Shown here piece after piece: positions 27,986-37,056 of a stretch of DNA of 64,000 nt (positions are counted from its first letter, which is position 1; each line of letters starts with the position of its first letter). The DNA lies in the IMG/VR virus record IMGVR_UViG_3300009129_001089, one strand, 5' to 3'. Source of the stretch: a virus. The notes under the pieces are model-generated. The model did no database searches. It saw only the letters and a program-made list of their open reading frames with translations, and was not told where the DNA came from. Made by a program: the position numbers and the translations under genes.

Positions 27986-28026
27986 GTTATCCTTATGTTA
28001 ATATTCCCTTGATAGGCTTATTGTTG

Positions 28027-28371
28027 TTATATTATGAGTTGCTTGCTAAAGTGTGGCAACATGTCATTATATTTATACGTTGTTAGCTGGACGGTGTTAC
28101 CTTCAGAATATTCTGTAGGTTTGAATGTTGCTATATCTAATTCTTCTATTAAAGGCTGTTGAACTTTAATTTTATCTTTTAATGATTGATAAACCATTCT
28201 GTGATTATCAGCCGGTGTAATACTGGTGTTAGATTTATTCTTAAACCATTTAGAAACTATTAAAATTTTATATTTTTTAGCCACTAATGCTGACTGTTCT
28301 ACTAACAAATAAGATGGCGTAAATACTTCTTTTAATCTACTTTCTATATCTCTTGAACTATTAGTTTTCAT
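28027..28371 (-). CDS. BolA-like protein (divergent)
   Basis: IESRLK.F.P..L.V, ILIVS..F, HRMVY..LKD, TFKP.E. Confidence 0.6.
   Translation of the reverse strand: MKTNSSRDIESRLKEVFTPSYLLVEQSALVAKKYKILIVSKWFKNKSNTSITPADNHRMVYQSLKDKIKVQQPLIEELDIATFKPTEYSEGNTVQLTTYKYNDMLPHFSKQLII
28070..28077 (-). promoter_or_regulatory. T4 late promoter TATAAATA for the MotA/ExbB operon
   Basis: Exact TATAAATA about 85 nt upstream of ATG 27985. Confidence 0.55.
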
Positions 28372-28838
28372 TTAATTAATCCTGATTTATAACTAGTTTT
28401 ACCTTTAATTCGTAATGCAGTCATTGCTTTTTTACGATTACTTCCATCTAAATTATAAGAACAATGAACCCAGCCACTGTTAGGGCCTTCTGCAGGATTA
28501 TAAAATTCTAAAATTAATTGGTCAAATACTAAATTATCTTTAATCCATTTTGCCAAATCATAATTAGGATAATTTATAATTTCAAAGTCGGCGGCTTGAC
28601 CATTACAATGTTGACTTTTTGCTGATCCTCTAACCGCGGCATTAAGTTTAGGACTTCTGTATCCACTATTTACTGTTACTACTCTACCAAAATGCTCTCG
28701 CACAGGTTGAAGTATATGGCAACATACATTTACCATATTGACTAAGTGTTCTGAATTGGGTGTGTTATCTATTCCTAGTCTAGTTGCTGTAGAACTTTTT
28801 GTTAGTTCTCCTAAACTAAAATTTTTTGTTAACTTCAT
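28368..28838 (-). CDS. Peptidase M15A (putative endolysin)
   Basis: NFSL.E, SGYRS..LN..V.G...SQH..GQAAD, WVHCS. Confidence 0.9.
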   Translation of the reverse strand: MKLTKNFSLGELTKSSTATRLGIDNTPNSEHLVNMVNVCCHILQPVREHFGRVVTVNSGYRSPKLNAAVRGSAKSQHCNGQAADFEIINYPNYDLAKWIKDNLVFDQLILEFYNPAEGPNSGWVHCSYNLDGSNRKKAMTALRIKGKTSYKSGLIK

Positions 28839-28875
28839 CTATTTTCTCCTACGAGTTTATATATGTAGTTATTTA

Positions 28876-31800
28876 TTATGCGGCTTTTGCTATACCTTCA
28901 AGTATTGCACTTTTTTTGGTATATGTTTTATTTTCATGAAGTTTTTTAAAAATGTCAACAAATATTTTTGCATTTGCTTTTGCATCAGATTTATTTCTCC
29001 AATTAGGACCACCATTATATTTTGCATAGGCTTCTTCTGCCGCTTTCATTGGATCTGAATTTGTTTCTAATGCTTCTTTATAATATACTGCAAATGTATC
29101 TGCACCAATATGTGCGGCTAAAAGAGCATCACCCGCAACATCCGACCATTGATACGTTGTACCATGTCGAAGATTATATTCATCTACGACTGCCGGATCA
29201 TAAAGGTAAGGGTTTCCTTGGTCATCTTGTCTTATCTCACCTTTTCTAACATGAAATAACCCCCAAGCACCTCGTGTTCCTCTATCAGTATCTCCTTTAA
29301 ATATTCCTTGCTTTAGTTCACCTTTAACTACACTTGTACCACTTTCTTTTTGTGATAATGCTTTTAATAATTTGGGATCTATTTCGTATTCTGTGCTTAA
29401 TTTTGTTATTAATGTATTATAGGTTTGAGTATCTGCTGGCCATCCAGAGCTGGCTATTCCTTGCCCTGCTATTGCTGATGGTTCGTCTCCTTCTAAACCC
29501 GATTTAACTACTTTATCTATTTTTCTTTCTGAAGTAGATTGATAATCATATAATCCTGTCCATTCTCCAAAATCTGATATAGTATCATCTATATAATCAG
29601 CAACAGAACTAGAACTTTCGTCTCCTTCTAAGTCTAATCCTGTCATTGATTCTGCAGGTAACAATGCAAATAATTCATCTTCTGTCATTCCAAATTTCTT
29701 ATAGATAGACGAAGGATCAAACTGCTGGCCTTTTCGAACTGCTTCTAGTTCTGCGGCTCTAAATTCTTTCATAAGTTCGTTATGCCTTCTCCAGGTTCCT
29801 TGCATGTTTATGTTTCCCTGAAATCCTTTTTTAGAAAATATTCCTACACCTAATTTTCTTTCATTGCCTAATTCGTCTGCTCTTTTACCTACATAATCGC
29901 TAGGATCCCAATTTGGATTTAATGAGTGTTCATGTGTACCACCTGCATGATATTTTGTATCTAAATGATCTTTATTTCCCCTTGTCATGTAAAAAACTTT
30001 CATTCTTGAAGTTCGCATGTTATATTTTATATCTAACCAAGTTGCTGTTCCTTGCGTTCCTTTTTTAGCCATATTTGTCCATGTTTGTTTAGCAACTTCG
30101 TTTGATATAGATTGAGTATAAAGTACAACATCTCCGTCGTTAATGAATGTATTAGGATCTAATATTTCGCCTTTTTTCTTTGCTCTTTTTTCATGTTCAG
30201 TTACATTAATATATGAACCATCAGGTTTTTGCACTACTATTTCAAATTGTTCGTCACGTTGGTCTAATGGTAGAAAAAGTTCTGAGTTTAAATCTCGTTC
30301 AGTCATTGAAGAAAATTTATCGTTAAACATTTTTGATCGTGAGTTAACCTGGTTAGTCATCGAACCTGAACTAGTACCAACACCATATTCGTAAAAGTTT
30401 TTGTCTTTACCCTGTGGTCTATCTGTAAATGGATTTTTTCCTGGAAAAAATTGTTGTCCGTTATAAAACTGATTAGGAGACAATTTTCGCAATGGACTAT
30501 TTTCTGGTAACTTATTTCTATCTTCGTCATATTTTTTAACAAAATTGTCATACGCTAATGCAGATGTTCCCGATAGTAACATATGAAATCCAAGTAATCC
30601 GGCACCTCCTCTAAGTCCCATGCGACCCGGAGGGCGGACCTTCTTGCTCTTTCTGGCTGCCTTTCTGTTTTGTGCTTTTACACCTGTCTCTGCTTGAGCC
30701 CCCATTTTACTAAGTTCTATTTTTGCCTGAGTATGGGTAAGGGGTTTATTATCCATTTTGTTTGCAGGATTTTGCAAATAATATTGTCCATTTTTTCCTC
30801 TTATTAAATGTCTTTCAGGATTACTTGCAGAAGGTCCTAAATTTTTTGATGTTTGAAATCTTGTTTTAGGCGGTATAGGTTTTATATTCGTTGGAGATAT
30901 ATCACCTTTAACAGGTATTTTTATATCTGCACCTACTGGTAATCTTTTTGCCGACTCGTCTGTAATACCATTGAATTTCATTATCTCTCGATAATTAACA
31001 CCATATCGTTTACCTAATTGAGAAATAGTCTCACCTTTTTTAAGTTTATAATTAATTTGTTTAACACCTTTCCTGGCCGCATCTTCTATTTGTGCTTGTG
31101 CCGTTTTTGCTGAGGCTACTTTTTTTCTAGTTTCTTTAATATTTTTTACGTCTTCAGGAGTTTTCTTTGATGCTAGTTCTTGTTTTTTAATATATTCTTC
31201 TAATGATTGTATATGTTTAGATTGTTTTTTTGATTGTGTAAGATGATCTTTAATTCCAGTAATTTTACTTCTATTTTGTTTTAATGCTTCTTGGGTTGCC
31301 AATCGTTTGTTATCTTCGTGTGCCCATTTCTTTTTTAACTCTTGTATTTTTTCAGGTGATAAGTTTTTATTTTTTAATGCTTCTTCGTAATCTATTAGGG
31401 CTTTACGAGAAGCATATTCTGCTTGTCGAAATGCTTTTAGTTTTAATTTTGTTTGTCTTCGTTCTGCATCTGCTCTCTTCCTTAATTCTTCTTGATTTTT
31501 TTCTCTAATCTTTCTATTTTCAGTTTCTTTGTCTATACGAGCTTTTTCTGCTTTTAGCTCAGCAGTATCTAATTTTCTGAGTGCATTTTGTAAATTTTTT
31601 TGTGCCGTCTCTGCGGCTTTTTTTGCCGCAGGAGTTTTTAATTTAGTTGCGTTTAGATTTGCGGCTTTTGCCTGTCTTCTTGCATCTGTAACTTGTTTTC
31701 TTACCCTTCGTAGATAGTCTGAGTCAAATTTACGTATTTTTTGATTTAATTTTTTCTCGTCTTTTTGTAGTATCGTATTTTTTCTTTTTCTCTCTTGTTC

Positions 31801-32454
31801 TTTTTCATGTTTTGCTATTATTTGTTTCTCTTTGTCGATATCTTCAGGTGATACTACTATTGGCTTTTGCCTTGGAGGCGGCTTTAGTTCCTGCTTTTGC
31901 TTTGAAGGCGGCTTTAGTTCCTGCTTTTGCTTTGAAGGCGGCTTTAGTTCCTGATTTTTATTGGCCCAGTTGTGTGGATTAATTCTAGATAATGTTTTCC
32001 TTATTTTGCTAGGAGGTTTTTTCTGAGCACCTGTAATTTTTAGTTTTTGTGAAGGGGATTTCCCTGCTGGTGACCATCGATTTCTATATCCAAGTGTAAG
32101 TGCCGCGGCCGCAGTTAAATCTGCCGGAACTGGCGGTTGTTTATAATTAGGATTTGTAACTAATGCATTAGGATCATTAGGATCATGGGATGGTGGTTCT
32201 GGTGTATCAATCTTTCCGGCCGGATGAGCAGGTTCAGGCTCGACCCACTTATACATATCAGTCCAATGACTAGTTTTATCAGCCTGTTTAAGCCAATCTG
32301 CTTGCTGTCTAGTTACGTCTTTGCCCTTGTATTTTACTTTTTTAATGGCAGGCTCTTTAATATATTCGTTAGGATCTAATTCGGTCAGAGTAAATAGCTC
32401 TTCAAGTTTTCGTTCGAGTAATACTTCTTCCTTTTCGGTAAGACTGTATGTCAT
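28876..32454 (-). CDS. Large virion-associated protein with LysM and C-terminal lytic transglycosylase-like domain
   Basis: LysM YKLKKGETISQLGKRYGV; IDPKLLKALSQKES...AWGLFHV...AKYNGG; long basic coiled coil. Confidence 0.75.
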   Translation of the reverse strand: MTYSLTEKEEVLLERKLEELFTLTELDPNEYIKEPAIKKVKYKGKDVTRQQADWLKQADKTSHWTDMYKWVEPEPAHPAGKIDTPEPPSHDPNDPNALVTNPNYKQPPVPADLTAAAALTLGYRNRWSPAGKSPSQKLKITGAQKKPPSKIRKTLSRINPHNWANKNQELKPPSKQKQELKPPSKQKQELKPPPRQKPIVVSPEDIDKEKQIIAKHEKEQERKRKNTILQKDEKKLNQKIRKFDSDYLRRVRKQVTDARRQAKAANLNATKLKTPAAKKAAETAQKNLQNALRKLDTAELKAEKARIDKETENRKIREKNQEELRKRADAERRQTKLKLKAFRQAEYASRKALIDYEEALKNKNLSPEKIQELKKKWAHEDNKRLATQEALKQNRSKITGIKDHLTQSKKQSKHIQSLEEYIKKQELASKKTPEDVKNIKETRKKVASAKTAQAQIEDAARKGVKQINYKLKKGETISQLGKRYGVNYREIMKFNGITDESAKRLPVGADIKIPVKGDISPTNIKPIPPKTRFQTSKNLGPSASNPERHLIRGKNGQYYLQNPANKMDNKPLTHTQAKIELSKMGAQAETGVKAQNRKAARKSKKVRPPGRMGLRGGAGLLGFHMLLSGTSALAYDNFVKKYDEDRNKLPENSPLRKLSPNQFYNGQQFFPGKNPFTDRPQGKDKNFYEYGVGTSSGSMTNQVNSRSKMFNDKFSSMTERDLNSELFLPLDQRDEQFEIVVQKPDGSYINVTEHEKRAKKKGEILDPNTFINDGDVVLYTQSISNEVAKQTWTNMAKKGTQGTATWLDIKYNMRTSRMKVFYMTRGNKDHLDTKYHAGGTHEHSLNPNWDPSDYVGKRADELGNERKLGVGIFSKKGFQGNINMQGTWRRHNELMKEFRAAELEAVRKGQQFDPSSIYKKFGMTEDELFALLPAESMTGLDLEGDESSSSVADYIDDTISDFGEWTGLYDYQSTSERKIDKVVKSGLEGDEPSAIAGQGIASSGWPADTQTYNTLITKLSTEYEIDPKLLKALSQKESGTSVVKGELKQGIFKGDTDRGTRGAWGLFHVRKGEIRQDDQGNPYLYDPAVVDEYNLRHGTTYQWSDVAGDALLAAHIGADTFAVYYKEALETNSDPMKAAEEAYAKYNGGPNWRNKSDAKANAKIFVDIFKKLHENKTYTKKSAILEGIAKAA
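31863..31953. repeat. 30-bp tandem repeat x3 (QELKPPSKQK)
   Basis: gcttttgc(t/c)ttg(a/g)aggcggctttagttcct repeated three times. Confidence 0.9.
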
Positions 32455-32465
32455 AATGCATGCCG

Positions 32466-34577
32466 TTACTTCACTAAACTAGTTGCTAAATCTTCATTTG
32501 CTGAAGTAAAAATGCGACTCATACCTTTTTTAATTCTAGGATCAACTGATTCCATGCCCATTATATCCATAGCCGGTTCTAGTGCTTCTTCTTCACTAGG
32601 TTCGTCTGTTGGGTGGGGATTAACTTGTTCGTATTCCATATAATGTTTAATAGAACTCATGTAATCTGCAGACTTAGTTATTTTGGCTTGAATCCAAGGT
32701 TCTAAGTTATCTGTATCGCCGATTTGTTGATGAAGTTTAATTGCATATTGTGCAATTTTATATAATTGCTCTTTTGCCATCCATCCATCTTCGTCGGCGG
32801 CATCTAACACGCCTTCTTTAAGTTTGTCATTCTTTTCATTTGTCATTGAATCACCTACTAATTTTCCTTTTGTATAACCTTCAGGGCGGTTTGCTTGTGC
32901 AGGATGATCTGTTTTTGTTTTAACTTGAACACCTGTTTTAACCCCAACTGCTTTTTCTTTAACTGCTTTTGGAAACATTCCTACTTTGTTAGCGTCAGCA
33001 CTAACAGGTTTCTCTCGCCTAATCATTTTACCTTTGCCTAATGGTGCATTAACTGTTGCAACATTTCCAGCACTTGTGCCTCCTGCAGAGGCGGTTTCTT
33101 TTATGTTTTCCATAGTACTACTATTTATGCTAATATTTTGATCTGCAAGCAGATGAGCACCATTGCCTATTTCGATAACTGTTCTCATATTACCGGCCGC
33201 TTGCAAATAAGTTCGTATACTGTATAATCCCATTTCACGATCAAAATCGGGCAATTCTTCTATTTTTTCTTCAGGAAATATATCAACCCATAGTGTCGGG
33301 TTACCCGATTGTCTAGGAGGTTTAAAAATAAAATTAACTTTTTCTAGTTTTGCTTTTAATGTCTCGTCAAATTTTAAATTGGTAAACATAGGATTATTTG
33401 GATCTGCTCCTAACATTACAATATCTATATCACTTCCTAATGTTGTATGGTGTTGTAAAAAATTAAATGTTGCATCTAAAAAATTAAATTCTTGTTGTGG
33501 TGTATTTACTGCACTATTTAATGATTGTGCGGCTCCTGCATATGCACCTCGAATAGATTCTACTGGATCTTGAGCAAAGGCTTGTTGATTAATTTTAAAA
33601 ACATTAAGTCCAAAAAATTCATTAAAATGTGCTTGTAAGTCTACTCCTGCTTTTGTTTTTAATGCAGGTGTATTTAAACTTCTTGTAAGTTGACCTACTT
33701 GTGAGGTGTTTGCTTTTACACTCAATAAATTAATTACAGTATTATCTACTTGTAATACCAAATCTGCTTTAGTTCCTTTTTGATCTTCTGTGCCTACACC
33801 TCGTACTATTACTTTATTAGATGTCTTATCTTCTTTAGGTAATTTTATTTTTTCTATAATGGGTGATTTACTATTAATGTAACTTATTGCACTTTGAAAA
33901 TATCCTCTAAATTCACTTGTGTCGCCTTCTTCTAATATAACTTTTTCTACATGATACATACTATTTTTACGAACCCGTATATTAACATCTAATCTATCAG
34001 GTTCACCATTTTCGTATATAATAGGACTTCCAAAAGTTAAACTACCATCACCACTATTAATTGTACTCTCACTTATGATTTTAAGACAATCTTCAAATGC
34101 AACTTCTTCTTTATTATGATATAAAATTTTAGCAGTAACAGCCAATCCCATAAAAATTTCAGAAACATCGCCCCTATTATATTGTTCTCTTACAGTTATT
34201 TTATCAATATCACTTAATTTAATAGATTCGCCATTGTCCAACTTTAACGTAAATCCTGGAGGCATTTTATTAGGATCTCCGCCGGCAGATACTGTTCGAA
34301 GCAATACTTTGTCTCCACCTTTAATAACTCCTACTTGCTTATTCCAATCCTTTGGAATTCCTTCGGTACCAAATACTGCTTTGTTAAGTTTTTTATATTG
34401 GTCTCCGGCAATAACAACTTGAGATCCGTCTATTAAGGTTACTGGATCTCCATTTTTAATTTTTGTAATTAAATCCCTATAATAACGCATATCACCGTAT
34501 CGTACTTTTCGTAGTTCGGCAAAAGATAATGTTGCTTCATTTAATTTATCTTTGATATAGGCGTTTAATATATTCAT
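32466..34577 (-). CDS. Multi-module head protein with PD-(D/E)xK nuclease-like domain
   Basis: RGDVSE...KADLV...LSVK; modules separated by LNEA, IKET, LKEG; start moved to 34577 after TAAATA 34583-34588. Confidence 0.55.
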   Translation of the reverse strand: MNILNAYIKDKLNEATLSFAELRKVRYGDMRYYRDLITKIKNGDPVTLIDGSQVVIAGDQYKKLNKAVFGTEGIPKDWNKQVGVIKGGDKVLLRTVSAGGDPNKMPPGFTLKLDNGESIKLSDIDKITVREQYNRGDVSEIFMGLAVTAKILYHNKEEVAFEDCLKIISESTINSGDGSLTFGSPIIYENGEPDRLDVNIRVRKNSMYHVEKVILEEGDTSEFRGYFQSAISYINSKSPIIEKIKLPKEDKTSNKVIVRGVGTEDQKGTKADLVLQVDNTVINLLSVKANTSQVGQLTRSLNTPALKTKAGVDLQAHFNEFFGLNVFKINQQAFAQDPVESIRGAYAGAAQSLNSAVNTPQQEFNFLDATFNFLQHHTTLGSDIDIVMLGADPNNPMFTNLKFDETLKAKLEKVNFIFKPPRQSGNPTLWVDIFPEEKIEELPDFDREMGLYSIRTYLQAAGNMRTVIEIGNGAHLLADQNISINSSTMENIKETASAGGTSAGNVATVNAPLGKGKMIRREKPVSADANKVGMFPKAVKEKAVGVKTGVQVKTKTDHPAQANRPEGYTKGKLVGDSMTNEKNDKLKEGVLDAADEDGWMAKEQLYKIAQYAIKLHQQIGDTDNLEPWIQAKITKSADYMSSIKHYMEYEQVNPHPTDEPSEEEALEPAMDIMGMESVDPRIKKGMSRIFTSANEDLATSLVK

Positions 34578-34591
34578 ATTAATATTTATTG

Positions 34592-35107
34592 TTAATCCTC
34601 GTCCCATTGTAAAAGTTCTTGTTTACCATGTTCGGCCAAAAACTCTCTATTTTTCCAATGCTCACCTTTAACATCGTCTTTATTTTGTCCCCAATAACCA
34701 ACTGCATGGCCGTTTTCGCATAGCCATTTATTAACATTAGTCCAGCCACTATGTTCGCCTTCTGCTGTACAATTAATCCAAACCTCGCCTAAAATTCTTC
34801 CAAACTTACCTCGGCTGTCTGCTTCAGGGCATCTAATTTGAATATCTATGTCATCTCTATCTGACATAATTGCCCAATGTACCCATGATTTAAGTGCGGC
34901 CTTACTAAGTAGACCATATACTTTTTCGTTCTTATGTCTTGTTCTTGATTCTGGTGTATCGATGCCTAACATTCTTACACGATGTTTTACCATAACATCA
35001 AAACCTAAATCAAAAACACAATCTAATGTATCTCCGTCTACTACTTTTGTTACTGCTTCTACTCTGTAAATGAATTCACAGGGCTCATCGTTTTTATAAG
35101 TTGCCAT
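34592..35107 (-). CDS. Staphylococcal (thermo)nuclease-like protein
   Basis: VVDGDT, VRMLGIDTPE, GKFGRILG, GHA. Confidence 0.85.
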   Translation of the reverse strand: MATYKNDEPCEFIYRVEAVTKVVDGDTLDCVFDLGFDVMVKHRVRMLGIDTPESRTRHKNEKVYGLLSKAALKSWVHWAIMSDRDDIDIQIRCPEADSRGKFGRILGEVWINCTAEGEHSGWTNVNKWLCENGHAVGYWGQNKDDVKGEHWKNREFLAEHGKQELLQWDED

Positions 35108-35129
35108 ATTTCTCCTCTAAGTTTTATGG

Positions 35130-36614
35130 TTATTCTACTGACATAAAATGTATGTCTTCTGTTTCATTTCCATGAAATTCTCGCCAAGTCCTTTTAGCAT
35201 AATCGGCTTCTTCCATGGTTTTAAATACTGCTACACAATCTGTATATATTGCATCTAAAAATAAATGATTTATTTTAAATTGATATAATTTTGGATTTTT
35301 AAATATAAATTGACAATTTTCAAATACACAATTCGTCATGCCCCATCCAAATTTATTAACTAATTCGTTCCACGCAGTAGGATCAATAACTAATACATGA
35401 TTATAATACGTCATGTCATATAAATCTACTTCAATGCCTGGTTGGTCTGTACTAGTTCGTAATCTAGTTACCATGCGAGATTCGGGCGTACCCCAGGCTT
35501 GTTGTCCAACAAACGGTTGCAATGCTACTGCTTGAAATTTCATTTGCTCATTTAATGCCAGTAAATAGTTTTTATTGTCATATTGCGAGGTGTTTACTGC
35601 ATTATTTCTAAATGATAAATGTTTTGTAAATTCTGAATTAGTTTGTTTAAATTCTTCTGATGGCATTATAGAACCAAAATGTCTAACAAATAATTGTGCT
35701 ACATTATTAATTGAACCTTTTCGTTTTTGTTTATTTTCAAAATAAAATCGTTTTAAGTCTCGCAATGTTACGCCTGCAACATCATAGTCAAATATTTTAT
35801 TTTGAGCTCGTCCTAGCTCTACAGCAAATTTATAAACAAATTTTAAATAGTCTACTATTTCATTATAATTGTTTACTTGTCCCGACATGCTATCAAGTAC
35901 ACCACGCAATCCTCGCCATTCTAATGTTCCTTGGTGATGTGGATTAAGAACACTATATTTGTCAAAAATTCCCATTGCCAATCTATTAACTGTTTGATCA
36001 TACGCAAATTCTAATTTATTTTCTTTTGAAGTTAAATTTTCTAATGATCCTTTAAATTGCTCAACTGATTCTCCCAAATCATTTAAACTTGCATACTCGT
36101 CATCGTCATATTGTGGAATACCTTTATATTCTTTAAATCTTTCAAACAAACCACTATCTAAAAAATAAATTGCAAACCAGGTAGCATCCATTCCGCTTGT
36201 TTTTTCTAACATTCCTAACCCAAAATGAACATGAAAACCACATGATCTATTTGTATATGCACCATTGTCAAGAAACTCTTTTACAATTTTTGCTACTTTT
36301 TGGAAGTTAGGCGGAGTTGCTGTAAGTCTAGCAGATGCACCGTTTTCGTCTTTAATTAAACCTATATCAAATTCAGCACCAAAATGAGTATCTGTGTCAT
36401 CGTCATTTGCTAGAACACTTTGTTCTTCCATTCGACCTAACCCATACTTATCTACTATACGTTGTATATTAGGATGAACTTCCTCTACTGAACCGGGCTC
36501 TAGGTCCATTATTTTAGAATCAAAAGATTTGGCGGCAGGAACAACTATTTCTAACTCAAAGCCAACAGTTATTTCACCAGCCGTTGCTTCGGTTATTAAT
36601 TCTTTTTCTCGCAT
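35130..36614 (-). CDS. Amidoligase (COOH-NH2 ligase) family protein, putative head-packaged
   Basis: TVGFELE, GAE, SCGFHVH, KY, TLEWR; MREKELITEA tag. Confidence 0.75.
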   Translation of the reverse strand: MREKELITEATAGEITVGFELEIVVPAAKSFDSKIMDLEPGSVEEVHPNIQRIVDKYGLGRMEEQSVLANDDDTDTHFGAEFDIGLIKDENGASARLTATPPNFQKVAKIVKEFLDNGAYTNRSCGFHVHFGLGMLEKTSGMDATWFAIYFLDSGLFERFKEYKGIPQYDDDEYASLNDLGESVEQFKGSLENLTSKENKLEFAYDQTVNRLAMGIFDKYSVLNPHHQGTLEWRGLRGVLDSMSGQVNNYNEIVDYLKFVYKFAVELGRAQNKIFDYDVAGVTLRDLKRFYFENKQKRKGSINNVAQLFVRHFGSIMPSEEFKQTNSEFTKHLSFRNNAVNTSQYDNKNYLLALNEQMKFQAVALQPFVGQQAWGTPESRMVTRLRTSTDQPGIEVDLYDMTYYNHVLVIDPTAWNELVNKFGWGMTNCVFENCQFIFKNPKLYQFKINHLFLDAIYTDCVAVFKTMEEADYAKRTWREFHGNETEDIHFMSVE

Positions 36615-36618
36615 TTAA

Positions 36619-37026
36619 TTATCTTAACCTCTTTCTTTCAAGATTTGACATAGGTCCAACTGCCTTAGTTGGGTTAGTATTTGGAGAAACACCGGCTCCT
36701 GCGACTGCTTTTTTATGATAGGCTTGAGGGCCTGGAACCATATCAGTTTTTGCAAATTCAGATCCATCGCCCGGAGTAGGAGGAGATTTTTTAACTATCT
36801 TTTTTCCAACTTCACTGGCCGCATGTATTTTGCCTCCTAATCCATGAGATGCGGCTTTAGCCTTTTTTAAACCAGGTAACAATTTCTTTCCGTAATCCCA
36901 GGCTTTTTTTCCATACCTCAACGCATATGGCGCCGCAAGTCGCGCCGCATGTATTCCTGCGCCTATAACTGCCGGAAGTACTTCATCAACACGTTCTTTT
37001 TTGGTTATTACTTCATTTATTTTCAT
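36619..37026 (-). CDS. Small basic putative internal head protein
   Basis: MKINEVI...VDE; amphipathic Ala/Gly-rich segment. Confidence 0.6.
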   Translation of the reverse strand: MKINEVITKKERVDEVLPAVIGAGIHAARLAAPYALRYGKKAWDYGKKLLPGLKKAKAASHGLGGKIHAASEVGKKIVKKSPPTPGDGSEFAKTDMVPGPQAYHKKAVAGAGVSPNTNPTKAVGPMSNLERKRLR

Positions 37027-37056
37027 TTAATCTCTCCAAGACTAATGTTCATTGGG

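Noticed and set aside
31863-31953. Possible CRISPR-like array
   Set aside because: In-frame tandem repeat with no spacers, inside a CDS
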